A DNA stretch of 64,000 bases, taken from contig JANTFH010000005.1 in assembly GCA_024763535.1 (NCBI GenBank), positions 4,612 through 68,611 of the forward strand, written 5' to 3'. The notes below the pieces were generated by a model. It saw only the letters and a program-made list of their open reading frames with translations, was not told the DNA's origin and ran no database searches. Position 1 is the stretch's first letter, and each line of letters begins with the position of its first letter. Position numbers and translations under genes: made by a program. Below, piece after piece: positions 10,233 to 20,895 of the stretch. The DNA is from Thermodesulfobacteriota bacterium (GTDB lineage: Bacteria > Desulfobacterota > Anaeroferrophillalia > Anaeroferrophillales > Tharpellaceae).

Positions 10233-11405
10233 ATGGCAGAAGGTAAAATATTGACCATCAACATGGGTCCGCATCATCCGGCGACTCACGGGGTCTTGCG
10301 CCTGGTTCTGGAGCTTGATGGCGAGACGATCGTCAAGGTCACGCCCCATATCGGGCATTTGCACCGGGGGATAGAGAAGCTTGCGGAAAACATGAATTAC
10401 CAGCAGGTTATTCCGCTTACTGACCGTTTTGACTACACTGCGGCATCACTCAACAATCTTGGTTACTGTACTGCGGTAGAGAAACTTCTGGGAATTGAAG
10501 TTCCGAAACGGGCTCAGTATATTCGCGTCATCATGTCCGAGCTGGCTCGGATCATGGGTCATCATCTCTGGATCGGCAGCCATGCTCTCGACATCGGGGC
10601 GATGACCGTAGTTTTCTACGCCTTCCGTGATCGTGAAATGATCATGAATATGGTTGAAGAGGTTTCCGGTTATCGTTTAACCCCTTCTTATATGCGGGTC
10701 GGTGGCTTGGCCCGGGATATCACCCCGGAATTCATTCGCTGTCTGCGCGAATTTATCAAATGGTTCCCGACCGCCGTGGCCGGCTACAATACATTGCTGA
10801 CCGATAATATCATCTGGCGCAAAAGAACCCAGGATATTGGGGTTATTTCAGCTGAAGATGCCATTAACTATGGTTTGACCGGGCCTTCGTTGCGGGGCTC
10901 CGGAGTCGCTTATGATCTACGTAAGGTGAAACCTTACAGCAGTTATGATGACTTCGATTTTCAGGTTCCGGTTGGTGACAAGGGTGATGTTTACGACCGT
11001 TATCTGGTGCGCATGGAAGAGTTTATTCAGTCGCTTAATATTATTGAACAGGCGCTTGAAAACTTGCCGGAAGGGCCGGTAAACGTTGATAACCCGCTGA
11101 TCTTCAACCCTCAGATTGAGGATGTGCAGGAAGATATCAGTGCCCTGATCCGTCGTTTTAAGATTCAGTGCCAGGGGCCTGAGATTCCTGAAGGTGAAAT
11201 CTATCATGCGGTTGAAGGGTCCAAGGGTGAACTCGGATTCTATCTGGTTGGTGACGGTACTGAACATCCCTACCGGATGAAGGTTCGCTCCCCCTGTTTT
11301 ATCCTGGTCAGCGCCTTGGAAAAATTGATGCTTGGTCACATGATCGCCGACGCGATTGCGATTATCGGCAGCATCGATATCGTTTTGGGTGAGATTGACC
11401 GCTAG
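10233..11405 (+). CDS. nuoD: NADH-quinone oxidoreductase subunit D
   Basis: NMGPHHPATHGVLRL, HRGIEKL, DRFDY, C-terminal GSIDIVLGEIDR. No NiFe-binding CxxC motifs. Start may be 10224 (TTG) or 10233 (ATG). Confidence 0.97.
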   Translation: MAEGKILTINMGPHHPATHGVLRLVLELDGETIVKVTPHIGHLHRGIEKLAENMNYQQVIPLTDRFDYTAASLNNLGYCTAVEKLLGIEVPKRAQYIRVIMSELARIMGHHLWIGSHALDIGAMTVVFYAFRDREMIMNMVEEVSGYRLTPSYMRVGGLARDITPEFIRCLREFIKWFPTAVAGYNTLLTDNIIWRKRTQDIGVISAEDAINYGLTGPSLRGSGVAYDLRKVKPYSSYDDFDFQVPVGDKGDVYDRYLVRMEEFIQSLNIIEQALENLPEGPVNVDNPLIFNPQIEDVQEDISALIRRFKIQCQGPEIPEGEIYHAVEGSKGELGFYLVGDGTEHPYRMKVRSPCFILVSALEKLMLGHMIADAIAIIGSIDIVLGEIDR

Positions 11406-11493
11406 TTAGGGAAAGTGTAAATTTTTTAAGTTAGTTCGTAAGTTAGTTTGAGTTGCGGAGTCTGTTTTCGCATTAGTGAATGGGAGTCGGTTG

Positions 11494-13446
11494 ATGGCTG
11501 AGATTTTATTTAGTTCCTGGGGTGGCGAGGTAGTTGATAACCGCCAAAAAGATGGCCAGGACTTTGAGCCGGTTAATACAGTTGATTTACCGGAATATTT
11601 CAGACAGGATGAAGCGGTTAAGGCTCTTATGGGCTGGTACGGCATCGTTATTCGTGACCCGGAAACCGATATCGTCGATTTGAGTCGGGTCTATATCCAG
11701 GAAGTTCAGAATAAATCCTGTGGTAAATGTTTTCTCTGTCGGATCGGCACCCGGGTTATGGCTGAGACTCTGACACGAATCTGTAATGGACAGGGCAAAT
11801 CTGAAGATCTTGAAATCTTAAAACGCCTGGCTGATTCAATTCGTGAATCCTCGAAATGTAATATCGGCCAATCCGGGCCCTTGCCGATTCTCGACGCTTT
11901 AGAGCATTTCGCCGCTGATTTCGAAGCTGCAATCAGCGCACAAAAGAGTGTTGCTGCCGGTACCTACCACTCAAAACTGACCGCACCCTGTATGGATGCC
12001 TGCCCGATCCATTTAGATATTCCCAATTATGTAGAGTGTATAAAAGAGGGACGTTTTGCCGAATCGCTTGATATTATTCGGGAAAAACTGCCGTTGCCGG
12101 GAGTTGTCGGCCGCGTCTGTGTGCGCCCCTGCGAAGAGCACTGCCGGCGTATGAATCTTGATGCTCCGATTTCGATCAAATTTCTCAAGCGTTTTGTTGC
12201 CGATTATGAACTGAGCAAAGGCAAAGAGCCTGAATTTGCAATTGAACCTTCAGAAAAAACCGGGAAGGTTGCGATTGTCGGCGCCGGCCCCAGCGGTGCA
12301 ACCTGTGCTTTCCATCTTGCAAAGATGGGCCATGATGTTACCGTTTATGAGCGTTTCGATGAACCCGGCGGCATGTCGGCCATGGGGATTCCTGATTATC
12401 GCCTGCCGCGCCCTATTCTTAGAGAAGAGGTTGACCGCATTGAGCGTATGGGGGCGACCTTTAATTACGAAACCACGGTCGGTAAAGATATTAAACTCTC
12501 CCAGCTTGAAGCCGATAACGATGCCGTGTTTATCGCTATCGGGGCCCAGATGGGTACGACGATGGGGGTTGAAGGTGAAGAAGAGAACTATGCCGGTTAT
12601 ATCTCCGGGGTGCAGTACCTGTTGGATATCAACCAGGGTCGGGATCCTTATCCTGAAGGTAAAAAAGTAGCAGTCATCGGCGGCGGCAACGTGGCGATCG
12701 ACTGTGTGCGCTGCTCCTTCCGGGTGGGCAAGGACGATGTCAATCTTATCTATCGCCGGACCAAAAATGAAATGCCGGCTGATGATGTTGAAATCCATGA
12801 CGCGGAAGAGGAAAAAGTCAATTTTCACTATCTTACGCATCCGGTTAAAATTCTGGCGGAAAACGGTAAAGTTGTTGGTCTGCGCTGTGTTAAAATGGAG
12901 TTAGGCGAGCCCGACGAGAGTGGTCGCCGGCGGCCGCAGCCGATTGAAGGTTCGGAATTTGTTATAGAGTGCGACATTGTGGTCCCGGCGATTGGCCAGA
13001 CGATGGATTTGTCTCTGCTTGAAGGACGTGAAGACGTTAAAACCACCCGCTGGAAAACGATTGTCGTTGACGAAGTAACTAAACAGAGCGACCAGCCGAA
13101 AATCTTCTCCGGCGGTGACTGTGAAACCGGTCCCGGGGCTTTGATTACTGCTTGTGCCGGAGGGCGGACGGCCGCTTTTAATATCGATAAGCTGATCAAT
13201 GGTGAACCGCTGGATTATACCGAAGATGACTATTTTGATAAATTTTTCAGTAAGGTTAAGGTCTTTGACCCGGCTGAAGATATTGGATTCTTAGGCGGTC
13301 GCGAGCGGAAAGAGCTGGAGATGCTTGATCCCGACACCCGCAAATTCACCAACGCTGAAGTGGAACAGGGCTTTTCGATTAACGATGCCATGGCTGAGGC
13401 CGATCGCTGTCTGCGCTGTTATCGGGTGGCAACTGTAAGAGTATAA
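11494..13446 (+). CDS. SfrB-like NAD(P)H oxidoreductase: NuoF-type 4Fe-4S domain plus GltD/dihydropyrimidine-dehydrogenase-like FAD/Fe-S domain
   Basis: N-terminus MAEILFSSWGGEVVDNR (resembles Geobacter SfrB, from memory). SCGKCFLCRIG...SKCNIG, APCMDACPIH...GRVCVRPCEEHC, VGAGPSG, IGGGNVAIDC...YRRT, C-terminal EADRCLRCY. GGGAG RBS before ATG 11494. Confidence 0.85.
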   Translation: MAEILFSSWGGEVVDNRQKDGQDFEPVNTVDLPEYFRQDEAVKALMGWYGIVIRDPETDIVDLSRVYIQEVQNKSCGKCFLCRIGTRVMAETLTRICNGQGKSEDLEILKRLADSIRESSKCNIGQSGPLPILDALEHFAADFEAAISAQKSVAAGTYHSKLTAPCMDACPIHLDIPNYVECIKEGRFAESLDIIREKLPLPGVVGRVCVRPCEEHCRRMNLDAPISIKFLKRFVADYELSKGKEPEFAIEPSEKTGKVAIVGAGPSGATCAFHLAKMGHDVTVYERFDEPGGMSAMGIPDYRLPRPILREEVDRIERMGATFNYETTVGKDIKLSQLEADNDAVFIAIGAQMGTTMGVEGEEENYAGYISGVQYLLDINQGRDPYPEGKKVAVIGGGNVAIDCVRCSFRVGKDDVNLIYRRTKNEMPADDVEIHDAEEEKVNFHYLTHPVKILAENGKVVGLRCVKMELGEPDESGRRRPQPIEGSEFVIECDIVVPAIGQTMDLSLLEGREDVKTTRWKTIVVDEVTKQSDQPKIFSGGDCETGPGALITACAGGRTAAFNIDKLINGEPLDYTEDDYFDKFFSKVKVFDPAEDIGFLGGRERKELEMLDPDTRKFTNAEVEQGFSINDAMAEADRCLRCYRVATVRV

Positions 13447-13532
13447 TGCGGTCCTAAATCCGTGTTGAAGTATAGTTTTGCAAATAGAGTTTTGATTTTT
13501 TTAAGTAAAATTTTTACGCAGGGAAAATTAGC

Positions 13533-16208
13533 ATGGTCACGTTGACGATTGACGGCAAAGAAGTCACCGTCCCCCAGGGAACGACCATCCTTGAGGCGGC
13601 CCGGAGTGTCGATATCAGAATTCCGACACTCTGTTACCACGATCGTTTGAACCCTATCGGTTCATGTCGGATGTGTGTAGTTGAGATCGAAGGTTATACG
13701 CACCCGATGGCAGCCTGTACAACTCCGGTTGATGATGGGATTGAGGTTGTAACTAAATCTGATCGTCTGACTAGGATTCGTCAGGATTCGTTGAAACTGA
13801 TTCTGGTTAATCATCCGCTTGACTGTCCGGTTTGTGATAAGGGCGGCGAGTGCCTGTTGCAGGATTTGACCTACGAATTCGGGATTGATCAGGTTGAGTA
13901 TAAAGCGGCAAAAGTCGAGCGTGAATCACAGTATGCGACTCCGCTGATTCGTTACTGGCCCGACCGCTGTATCATGTGCCTGCGCTGCGTTACCGCCTGT
14001 CAGGAGATTAAGGGAATCGGCGCCATCAGTATTCAGGGAGACGGTTACGGAGCCCAGGTAGTGGCCGTAGATGCCGAGAAGTGTCAATCCTGCGGTGAGT
14101 GTCTGCAGGTCTGTCCGACCGGGGCCCTGACTGAGGATTTGAGCCGTTATAAAGGTCGCACCTGGCTGGTTGACAGAGTGCCGACCACCTGTACCTACTG
14201 CGGTTGCGGTTGTCAGCTTGAACTTAATGTTCAAAATGACCGGGTTATCGCCGTAACCACCCGGGAGGGGGTTGGCGTTAATCATGGCAGTCTCTGTGTC
14301 AAGGGCCGTTTCGGTTACGAATTTATCAACAGTGATGAACGGTTGACCAAACCGCTGATCAAGAAAAACGGCAAATTTGAAGAGGCGAGCTGGGATGAAG
14401 CTCTGGACCTGGTAGCCAGTAAGTTCTCTGCGATCAAAGAGGAACACGGCCCCGGTGCCCTGGCCGGCTTGACCTCGGCCCGTTGTACCAATGAAGAGAA
14501 CTACCTTTTCCAAAAATTTATGCGCGCGGCGGTCGGGACCAATAATGTCGATCACTGCGCCAGGCTCTGACACTCCTCAACTGTGGCCGGACTGGCCGCA
14601 ACGTTTGGCAGTGGAGCAATGACCAACCCGATTGCCGATGTCCTGAAATCAGAGACCGTATTGGTAACCGGAACTAATACCACGGAAAATCATCCGATTT
14701 TCGCCAATTACCTGAAAGAGGCCGTGCTTAAACACGGCACCAAGATTCTGGTGATCGATCCGCGGCGCATCGATCTGGTCGATTACGCCGAGCTCTACCT
14801 CCAGCCGAAACCGGGTACCGATATTGCCTGGATTAACGGTTTGATGCATATTATCATCAAGGAGGGCTGGGCGGCCCAGGATTATATCGACGAACGTTGT
14901 GAAGGTTTCGATGAATTTAAAAGCAATCTCGAAAAATTCACACCTGAATATGTTTCTGGAATTACCGGTCTGACCGAAGATGAGCTCTATGCCGCGGCCA
15001 AACTCTATGGCCAGGCGGCTCCGGCCTCAATCCTTTACGCCATGGGTATCACCCAGCATACCAGCGGTACCGATAATGTTAAATCATTAGGTAACCTGGC
15101 GATGCTTTGTGGTAACATGGGAGTTGCCGGCGGCGGCGTCAATCCGCTGCGGGGCCAGAACAATGTGCAGGGTGCCTGCGATATGGGTGGTCTGCCGAAT
15201 GTCTACACCGGTTATCAGAAGGTCGATGTTGATGAAGTGCGGGAGAAATTCGCCAAGGCCTGGGGGCTTGCGGCGGAGGCTATGGATTCAGCACCCGGTC
15301 TGAAACTGACCGAAATGTTTCCGGCAGCGGCCGAGGGTAAAGTCAAGGCTCTCTATATTATGGGTGAGAACCCGCTGGTCAGTGATCCCGATTTAACTCA
15401 TATTGAACACTGTATCGAAGCCCTTGATTTCTTCGTTGTGCAGGATATCTTTCTAACCGAAACGGCTAAGAAAGCCGATGTCGTGCTGCCCGGAGTCTCC
15501 TTTGCTGAAAAAGATGGAACCTTCGTCAATTCCGAGCGGGTTGTACAGCGGGTTCGTAAAGCATTAACGATTCCCGGCGAAGCTCGTGAAGACAGTGCTA
15601 TTATTGCCGATATCTCAACCCGTATGGGATATGAGATGAAATATGAAAGTGCCGCCGATATCATGAAAGAGATCAACGCTGTGACCCCGAGTTACGGCGG
15701 CATCACTTATGAACGTTTGGAAAACGGCGGCCTGGCCTGGCCCTGCCCCGACAGTGAACATCCCGGGACACCAATTCTGCATGTTGATAAATTTGCCCGC
15801 GGTAAAGGTCTCTTTTTCGCGATAGATCATCAGCCGCCGGCTGAACTCTGCGATAATGAGTATCCGTTTGTACTGTCGACCGGCCGTGTTCTCTCTCATT
15901 TCCATACCGGAACCATGACCCGCAAGGGTTCCGGCCTGAATAAGGTTCATCCTGAAGTCAAGGCTGAGATCAACCCTGAAGATGCCGCGCGTCTGGGGAT
16001 TGAAGCGGATGATCGTCTTAAGATTACCTCCCGCCGGGGTTCGATCGAGGTTAAAGCCATGCTCAGTGACCGTCCGGCAGCCGGGGTGGTATTTGTACCC
16101 TTTCACTTTCATGAAGTTGCAGTTAACCGTCTGACCAACGCGGCTCTCGATCCGGTTGCCAAAATTCCGGAATATAAGGTCTGCGCGATTAAGGTTGAAA
16201 AGGCTTAG
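13533..16208 (+). CDS. fdhF: Selenocysteine-containing formate dehydrogenase alpha subunit with NuoG-like Fe-S N-terminus; Sec346 at TGA 14568-14570
   Basis: ORFs 13533-14570 and 14583-16208 join in frame as [29 protein letters not shown]. Also PLRGQNNVQGACDMG, IPTLC..GSCRMC, HPLDCPVCDKGGEC, two further Cys clusters, CTYCGCGC..CVKG and IPEYKVCAI. 891 aa. Confidence 0.96.
14582..14600 (+). promoter_or_regulatory. SECIS hairpin of the FDH alpha gene
   Basis: TGTGGCC-[GGACT]-GGCCGCA, stem starting 11 nt after the UGA, with a G-starting loop. Confidence 0.75.
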
Positions 16209-16265
16209 CCGGCAAAACGAGTCTAAATTATCGAAGTACTTTTACAGTTTGAAGAGGTATAACGG

Positions 16266-17252
16266 ATGCTGGAATTTATGACCATATTGATAATCAAAAC
16301 GTTGGTGGCATTCACCGTCAGCCTGCTGATTGTGGCCTATTCGACCTGGATCGAGCGTAAAGTTTTGGGTCATGTGCAGCTGCGACACGGGCCGCGTCGA
16401 GTCGGTTTCCATGGTCTTCTGCAGCCTATAGCCGATGGTATCAAAGGTTTTTTCAAAGAGGAGCTGATTCCTGATAACGCCGATAAACCGCTCTTTCTGC
16501 TGGCACCGATTATCAGTATCGGAGCGGCGGTTACATTAATTGTAATTGTTCCTTTCGGGGATAAGATTACCATTATGGGGCACGAAATAACCCTTTATCT
16601 GACTGATCTTGATGTCGGTATTCTCTTCGTTCTCGGAATTTCGACCATCGGCTCCTACGGTGGTATCCTCGGGGGCTGGTCCTCCGGTAATAAATACGGG
16701 GTCATCGGCGGTCTGCGTGGATCGGCCCAGATGATCAGTTATGAACTCTCCCTGGCATTGGCGGTAATTGCTGTAGTTATGGTCAGCGGTTCGTTGAGCC
16801 TGATCGATATCGTTAACTCTCAAACCGGACTCTGGAACATCGTCAAACAGCCGTTTGCCTTTGTCCTTTTTATTATCTGCGGCCTGGCCGAACTCAACCG
16901 GACGCCGTTTGATATGCCCGAAGCCGAGGCCGAACTGGCCTGTGGTTTCAATGTTGAGTACAGTTCCATGAAGTTCGCCCTTTTCTTTATGGCGGAATAC
17001 TGTCATATGTTTGTCTTTGCCGCGCTGGTGACGACCCTCTTCCTGGGTGGTTGGCATGGTCCCTTTATCGACGGGCCGCACTGGTTTTTCCTCAAGTGTT
17101 TTGTGATTATCTTTTTCTGCGTCTGGGAACGTTCGACCTTTCCGCGTTTGCGTTATGACCAGGTTATGAGCTTCGGCTGGAAAATTTTGCTGCCCTTCGG
17201 TCTTCTGAATATTCTTCTGACCGGGCTCTGGATGCTGATTTTCAACATGTAG
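16266..17252 (+). CDS. nuoH: NADH-quinone oxidoreductase subunit H
   Basis: ERKVLGHVQLRHGP..GLLQPIADGIK, AQMISYE, AELNRTPFDMPEAEAEL, PRLRYDQVM. Confidence 0.97.
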   Translation: MLEFMTILIIKTLVAFTVSLLIVAYSTWIERKVLGHVQLRHGPRRVGFHGLLQPIADGIKGFFKEELIPDNADKPLFLLAPIISIGAAVTLIVIVPFGDKITIMGHEITLYLTDLDVGILFVLGISTIGSYGGILGGWSSGNKYGVIGGLRGSAQMISYELSLALAVIAVVMVSGSLSLIDIVNSQTGLWNIVKQPFAFVLFIICGLAELNRTPFDMPEAEAELACGFNVEYSSMKFALFFMAEYCHMFVFAALVTTLFLGGWHGPFIDGPHWFFLKCFVIIFFCVWERSTFPRLRYDQVMSFGWKILLPFGLLNILLTGLWMLIFNM

Positions 17253-17306
17253 GATTAACCCAAACTGAGATAGTATTAGATTTAAGAATATAAATTTGAG
17301 GATAAT

Positions 17307-17783
17307 ATGGCTGACAAGGATTACATACTCAATATCAGTGACCGGCGCCCGACGGGTAAATATATCACGCCGATTCTGAAAGGCCTGGGTTACACGCTGA
17401 AGAATTTCTTCAGTAAGCCGATTACGATAAAATATCCGACCGAGCGCCGTGAAGTCAGCGACCGCTGGCGGGGCCTGCATCGTTTGAAAGTGGATGATCG
17501 GGGGGCTTTGAAATGTGTCGCCTGCGGCCTTTGCGCAAAGATCTGTCCGCCTAAGGCGATCACCATTGTGCCCTACGAAGAGGCCGGCGAAACCCGTTAT
17601 CCGAAAGAGTTTGTGATTGACGAGCTGCGTTGTATCTTCTGCGGCTTCTGTCAGGAAGCCTGTCCTAAAGATGCGATTGAGCTGACGAAAGTTTACGATT
17701 TTGTGGATTATAAACGCGAAGACTTTATCTTCGATATCGAAAAACTGAAAACCCCGGAAAAATATATCTTCAACGGCAAATAG
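17307..17783 (+). CDS. nuoI: NADH-quinone oxidoreductase subunit I
   Basis: TIKYP..RWRGLH, CVACGLCAKICP and CIFCGFCQEACP. Confidence 0.96.
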   Translation: MADKDYILNISDRRPTGKYITPILKGLGYTLKNFFSKPITIKYPTERREVSDRWRGLHRLKVDDRGALKCVACGLCAKICPPKAITIVPYEEAGETRYPKEFVIDELRCIFCGFCQEACPKDAIELTKVYDFVDYKREDFIFDIEKLKTPEKYIFNGK

Positions 17784-17796
17784 TGGGAGTAGATTG

Positions 17797-18306
17797 ATGG
17801 AACTGGTATTTTTGTTGATATGCGGTGGAGTTGCGGTAATCGCCTCGCTGCTGGTTATCTTTGCTCGCTCCACCCTGCACAGTGCCCTGTGGATGGTTCT
17901 CTCCTTTTTTATGGTAGCGATAATCTACGTTCTGCTGCACGCTCAGTTTCTGGCTATGCTTCAGGTTATTGTCTACGCCGGAGCGATTATGATGTTTATT
18001 GTCTACGCCATCATGATGCTGAATCTGCGTCAGGAAGCCAAATCCAAGGTCGCAACCCGAATCTCCAAGGTAGTTGGAGTCGGGGCTCTGATTGTGCTTT
18101 TTCTCGAACTTACTCTGATCGGCGTAAGTCACAATATGGCCACAATACAGGGTCCGGTAACGGATAAGCTTGTGGCCACCTACGGCCGGGTAGCGGTAAT
18201 CTCAAATTTTCTTTTTTCCGACTATCTGCTGCCGTTCGAGGTCGCATCCATTCTCCTGACTGCGGGTGTTGTCGGGGCCGTAGTTCTGGCTAAACGTGAA
18301 AAATAG
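17797..18306 (+). CDS. nuoJ: NADH-quinone oxidoreductase subunit J
   Basis: AQFLAMLQVIVYAGAIMMFIVY and YLLPFEVASILL. Confidence 0.96.
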   Translation: MELVFLLICGGVAVIASLLVIFARSTLHSALWMVLSFFMVAIIYVLLHAQFLAMLQVIVYAGAIMMFIVYAIMMLNLRQEAKSKVATRISKVVGVGALIVLFLELTLIGVSHNMATIQGPVTDKLVATYGRVAVISNFLFSDYLLPFEVASILLTAGVVGAVVLAKREK

Positions 18307-18317
18307 AGGGAAAGGTA

Positions 18318-18623
18318 ATGGTTGATAATCAAAGTATATATCTGACGTTTGCGGTTATTCTGTTTGTCATCGGCGCGGCCGGTGCCATCTGCCGCCGTAA
18401 TGCGATTGTTGTCTTTATGTGTATTGAAATTATGCTGGCCGGAGTCAGTATTGCATTTGTAACCTTCAGTCGTGCCAATCACTCTCTGGACGGTATCTTT
18501 ATGGTTCTGTTTGTTATGGCGGTTGCTGCCGCAGAAGCAGCGGTCGGTCTGGCGATTTTTCTTTTGATGTATCGCAAACAGGGCTCGATCGATCTGGATA
18601 AGTTTAATCTGTTGAAGTGGTAG
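18318..18623 (+). CDS. nuoK: NADH-quinone oxidoreductase subunit K
   Basis: RRNAIVVFMCIEIML and VAAAEAAVGLAI. Confidence 0.97.
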   Translation: MVDNQSIYLTFAVILFVIGAAGAICRRNAIVVFMCIEIMLAGVSIAFVTFSRANHSLDGIFMVLFVMAVAAAEAAVGLAIFLLMYRKQGSIDLDKFNLLKW

Positions 18624-18724
18624 ATCTGTTTAGCTGAAGCTCGATCTTATTGTGTAAATTTAGAATCTCGTAAACTGAGTGTTTTGAGATAACGTTTTAA
18701 GATATTTTTTAAGGAGATAGAGGT

Positions 18725-20815
18725 ATGTTCGATTATATCTGGTTGGTACCGGTCTTCCCGGCCATCGGAGTTTTGATCAACGGTCTGCTTGGACGTCGTC
18801 TAGAGGCGATTAACAAGAGTTTGATCCATTGGATCGCCTGCGGTGCGATCGCCCTCTCCTATATCGTTACCTGTACTATTTTCTACCAGCTCCTGCAGCT
18901 CCCTGAAGCTGAACGATTTTATCAGGTGACCTGTTTTTCCTGGATCAACAGCGGGGTCTTACAGACTTATATTGCTTATCAGATTGATCCCCTGTCAATG
19001 ATGATGGCGATGTTTGTTATCGGGGTCGGCTTTCTCATCCATGTCTATTCGATTGGCTATATGGATGGCGATCCGGGTCGTTACTACCGCTTCTTTGTTT
19101 ATTTGAATCTTTTTATGTTCTCGATGATCAATCTGATTCTCGCCAACAACTATCTTTTGATGTTCTTAGGCTGGGAAGGGGTTGGGTTGTGTTCCTATCT
19201 TTTGATCGGCTTCTGGTTTGATGACGAGGCCAATGCAATTGCCGGCAAAAAAGCTTTTATTACCAACCGGGTGGGTGATTTCGCTTTTTTGATCGGGATG
19301 TTTCTGCTCTTTACCGGACTGGGTGAACATGGTGTCTGGAGCCTGCAGTTTAACGAAGTGTTCAGTAACGTTCACTACCTTTCAACCAGTCAGGCAACCG
19401 CCATCTGTCTCCTCTTTTTTATCGGTTGTACGGCCAAGTCAGCTCAGATTCCACTCTATGTCTGGCTGCCCGATGCCATGGCCGGCCCGACTCCGGTCTC
19501 TGCCCTGATCCATGCCGCTACTATGGTGACCTCGGGTGTCTATATGATCACCCGCTCCAATATCCTATATTCTATGTCACCTCTGGCGATGGGGGTTGTG
19601 GCGACGGTTGGAGCTTTGACGGCGCTGTTTGCCGCGTCGATCGGCCTGGTGCAGAATGATATCAAAAAAGTTCTGGCCTATTCAACTGTGAGTCAGCTCG
19701 GTTATATGTTCCTAGGGCTCGGTGTCGGTGCCTTCGCCGCCGGTATGTTTCATGTTTTAACCCATGCATTCTTTAAGGCTCTTATGTTTTTGGGATCTGG
19801 TGCGGTTATTCACTCTATGCATCATGCTTATCATAAAGTGCATTCCCATGATGATGCTCAGGATATGCGAAATATGGGCGGATTGAAGAGTAAGACCCCC
19901 ATAACTTATTGGACCTTTCTGGTTGGCGCATTGGCAATTGCCGGGGTTCCGGGACTTTCCGGCTTCTTCAGTAAGGATGAAATTCTCTGGCAGGCATACA
20001 GCAGTCCACAGGGCCACTGGTTGCTCTGGCTTATAGGTGCAATGGCTGCGGGAATGACTGCATTTTATATCTTCCGATTAATTTTTATGACATTCTTTAA
20101 CGATTGCCGGGCAGGAGACGCGGCTGAGCATATCCATGAATCGCCTCTGACCATGACGATACCGCTGATGGTTCTGGCCGTGCTGGCAGCTTTTGGTGGT
20201 TATCTAGGCGTTCCGCATGCTTTGGGTGGCAGCAATCTTTTTGAGCACTTCCTGGAGCCGGTAATGGGAATGGGTGATGGGAAACTGTTGCAGGATGCCA
20301 CGACTGCGGTTGCCCACGGTGCCCATCATGCCGTGCATGCAGCTGCCGGTCACATTACTGAGGCCGCACACGCTGTTGCCGGGCATGCCGAGGGTGGTGC
20401 CCATCATGTTGGACATGAACCGCTCTGGGTTGAGTATTTATTGATGGCCGTTTCCGTTGCTTTAGCTTTCGGTGGCATCTTTGTCGCCTATATGTTTTAC
20501 ATTGTTAAACGTGAACTGCCGGTGGCTCTGGCGGAGAAATTTTCCTTTATTCACCGTCTGTTGCTGAATAAATGGTATATTGACGAACTCTACGATGTGG
20601 TTATTATTTCACCCCTGCGTGGTTTCAGTTATTTTCTCTGGAAAGGGATTGATGTCGGAGTGGTTGATTACATCGTCAACGGAGTTGCCCGGATAGTTGG
20701 CTGGGGAAGCAGTGCCGTGCGCTACATACAGTCCGGTTATGTGCAGAGTTACGCGGTTTCAGTCGTATTCGGTACGGTGGTGCTGCTGGCCTACTACTTC
20801 TTGAAGGCACTCTAG
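18725..20815 (+). CDS. nuoL: NADH-quinone oxidoreductase subunit L
   Basis: GWEGVGLCSYLLIGFW, KSAQIPLYVWLPDAMAGPTPVSALIHAATMV, IKKVLAYSTVSQLGYM. His-rich insert near the C-terminus. Confidence 0.97.
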   Translation: MFDYIWLVPVFPAIGVLINGLLGRRLEAINKSLIHWIACGAIALSYIVTCTIFYQLLQLPEAERFYQVTCFSWINSGVLQTYIAYQIDPLSMMMAMFVIGVGFLIHVYSIGYMDGDPGRYYRFFVYLNLFMFSMINLILANNYLLMFLGWEGVGLCSYLLIGFWFDDEANAIAGKKAFITNRVGDFAFLIGMFLLFTGLGEHGVWSLQFNEVFSNVHYLSTSQATAICLLFFIGCTAKSAQIPLYVWLPDAMAGPTPVSALIHAATMVTSGVYMITRSNILYSMSPLAMGVVATVGALTALFAASIGLVQNDIKKVLAYSTVSQLGYMFLGLGVGAFAAGMFHVLTHAFFKALMFLGSGAVIHSMHHAYHKVHSHDDAQDMRNMGGLKSKTPITYWTFLVGALAIAGVPGLSGFFSKDEILWQAYSSPQGHWLLWLIGAMAAGMTAFYIFRLIFMTFFNDCRAGDAAEHIHESPLTMTIPLMVLAVLAAFGGYLGVPHALGGSNLFEHFLEPVMGMGDGKLLQDATTAVAHGAHHAVHAAAGHITEAAHAVAGHAEGGAHHVGHEPLWVEYLLMAVSVALAFGGIFVAYMFYIVKRELPVALAEKFSFIHRLLLNKWYIDELYDVVIISPLRGFSYFLWKGIDVGVVDYIVNGVARIVGWGSSAVRYIQSGYVQSYAVSVVFGTVVLLAYYFLKAL

Positions 20816-20895
20816 AAACAGCTCTAAATTTAACGAAATTTTTTAATACAATTTATATCCCAAAGTTTAAATAGATTCCGCAGGGAGAGAGATAG

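Noticed and set aside
10233-11405. Formate hydrogenlyase or group 4 hydrogenase reading of the operon
   Set aside because: The NuoD-like subunit lacks both NiFe CxxC motifs, and nuoA and nuoJ are present.
9032-16208. nuoB and the FDH gene as nonsense pseudogenes
   Set aside because: Each has a single TGA exactly at a metal-ligand position with a downstream hairpin, and there is no other decay in the operon.
16536-17873. 445-aa minus-strand ORF, and similar long antisense ORFs (13926-14573, 47699-48598, 58845-59573)
   Set aside because: They lie opposite well-conserved genes and have no recognisable motifs, so they are shadow frames.
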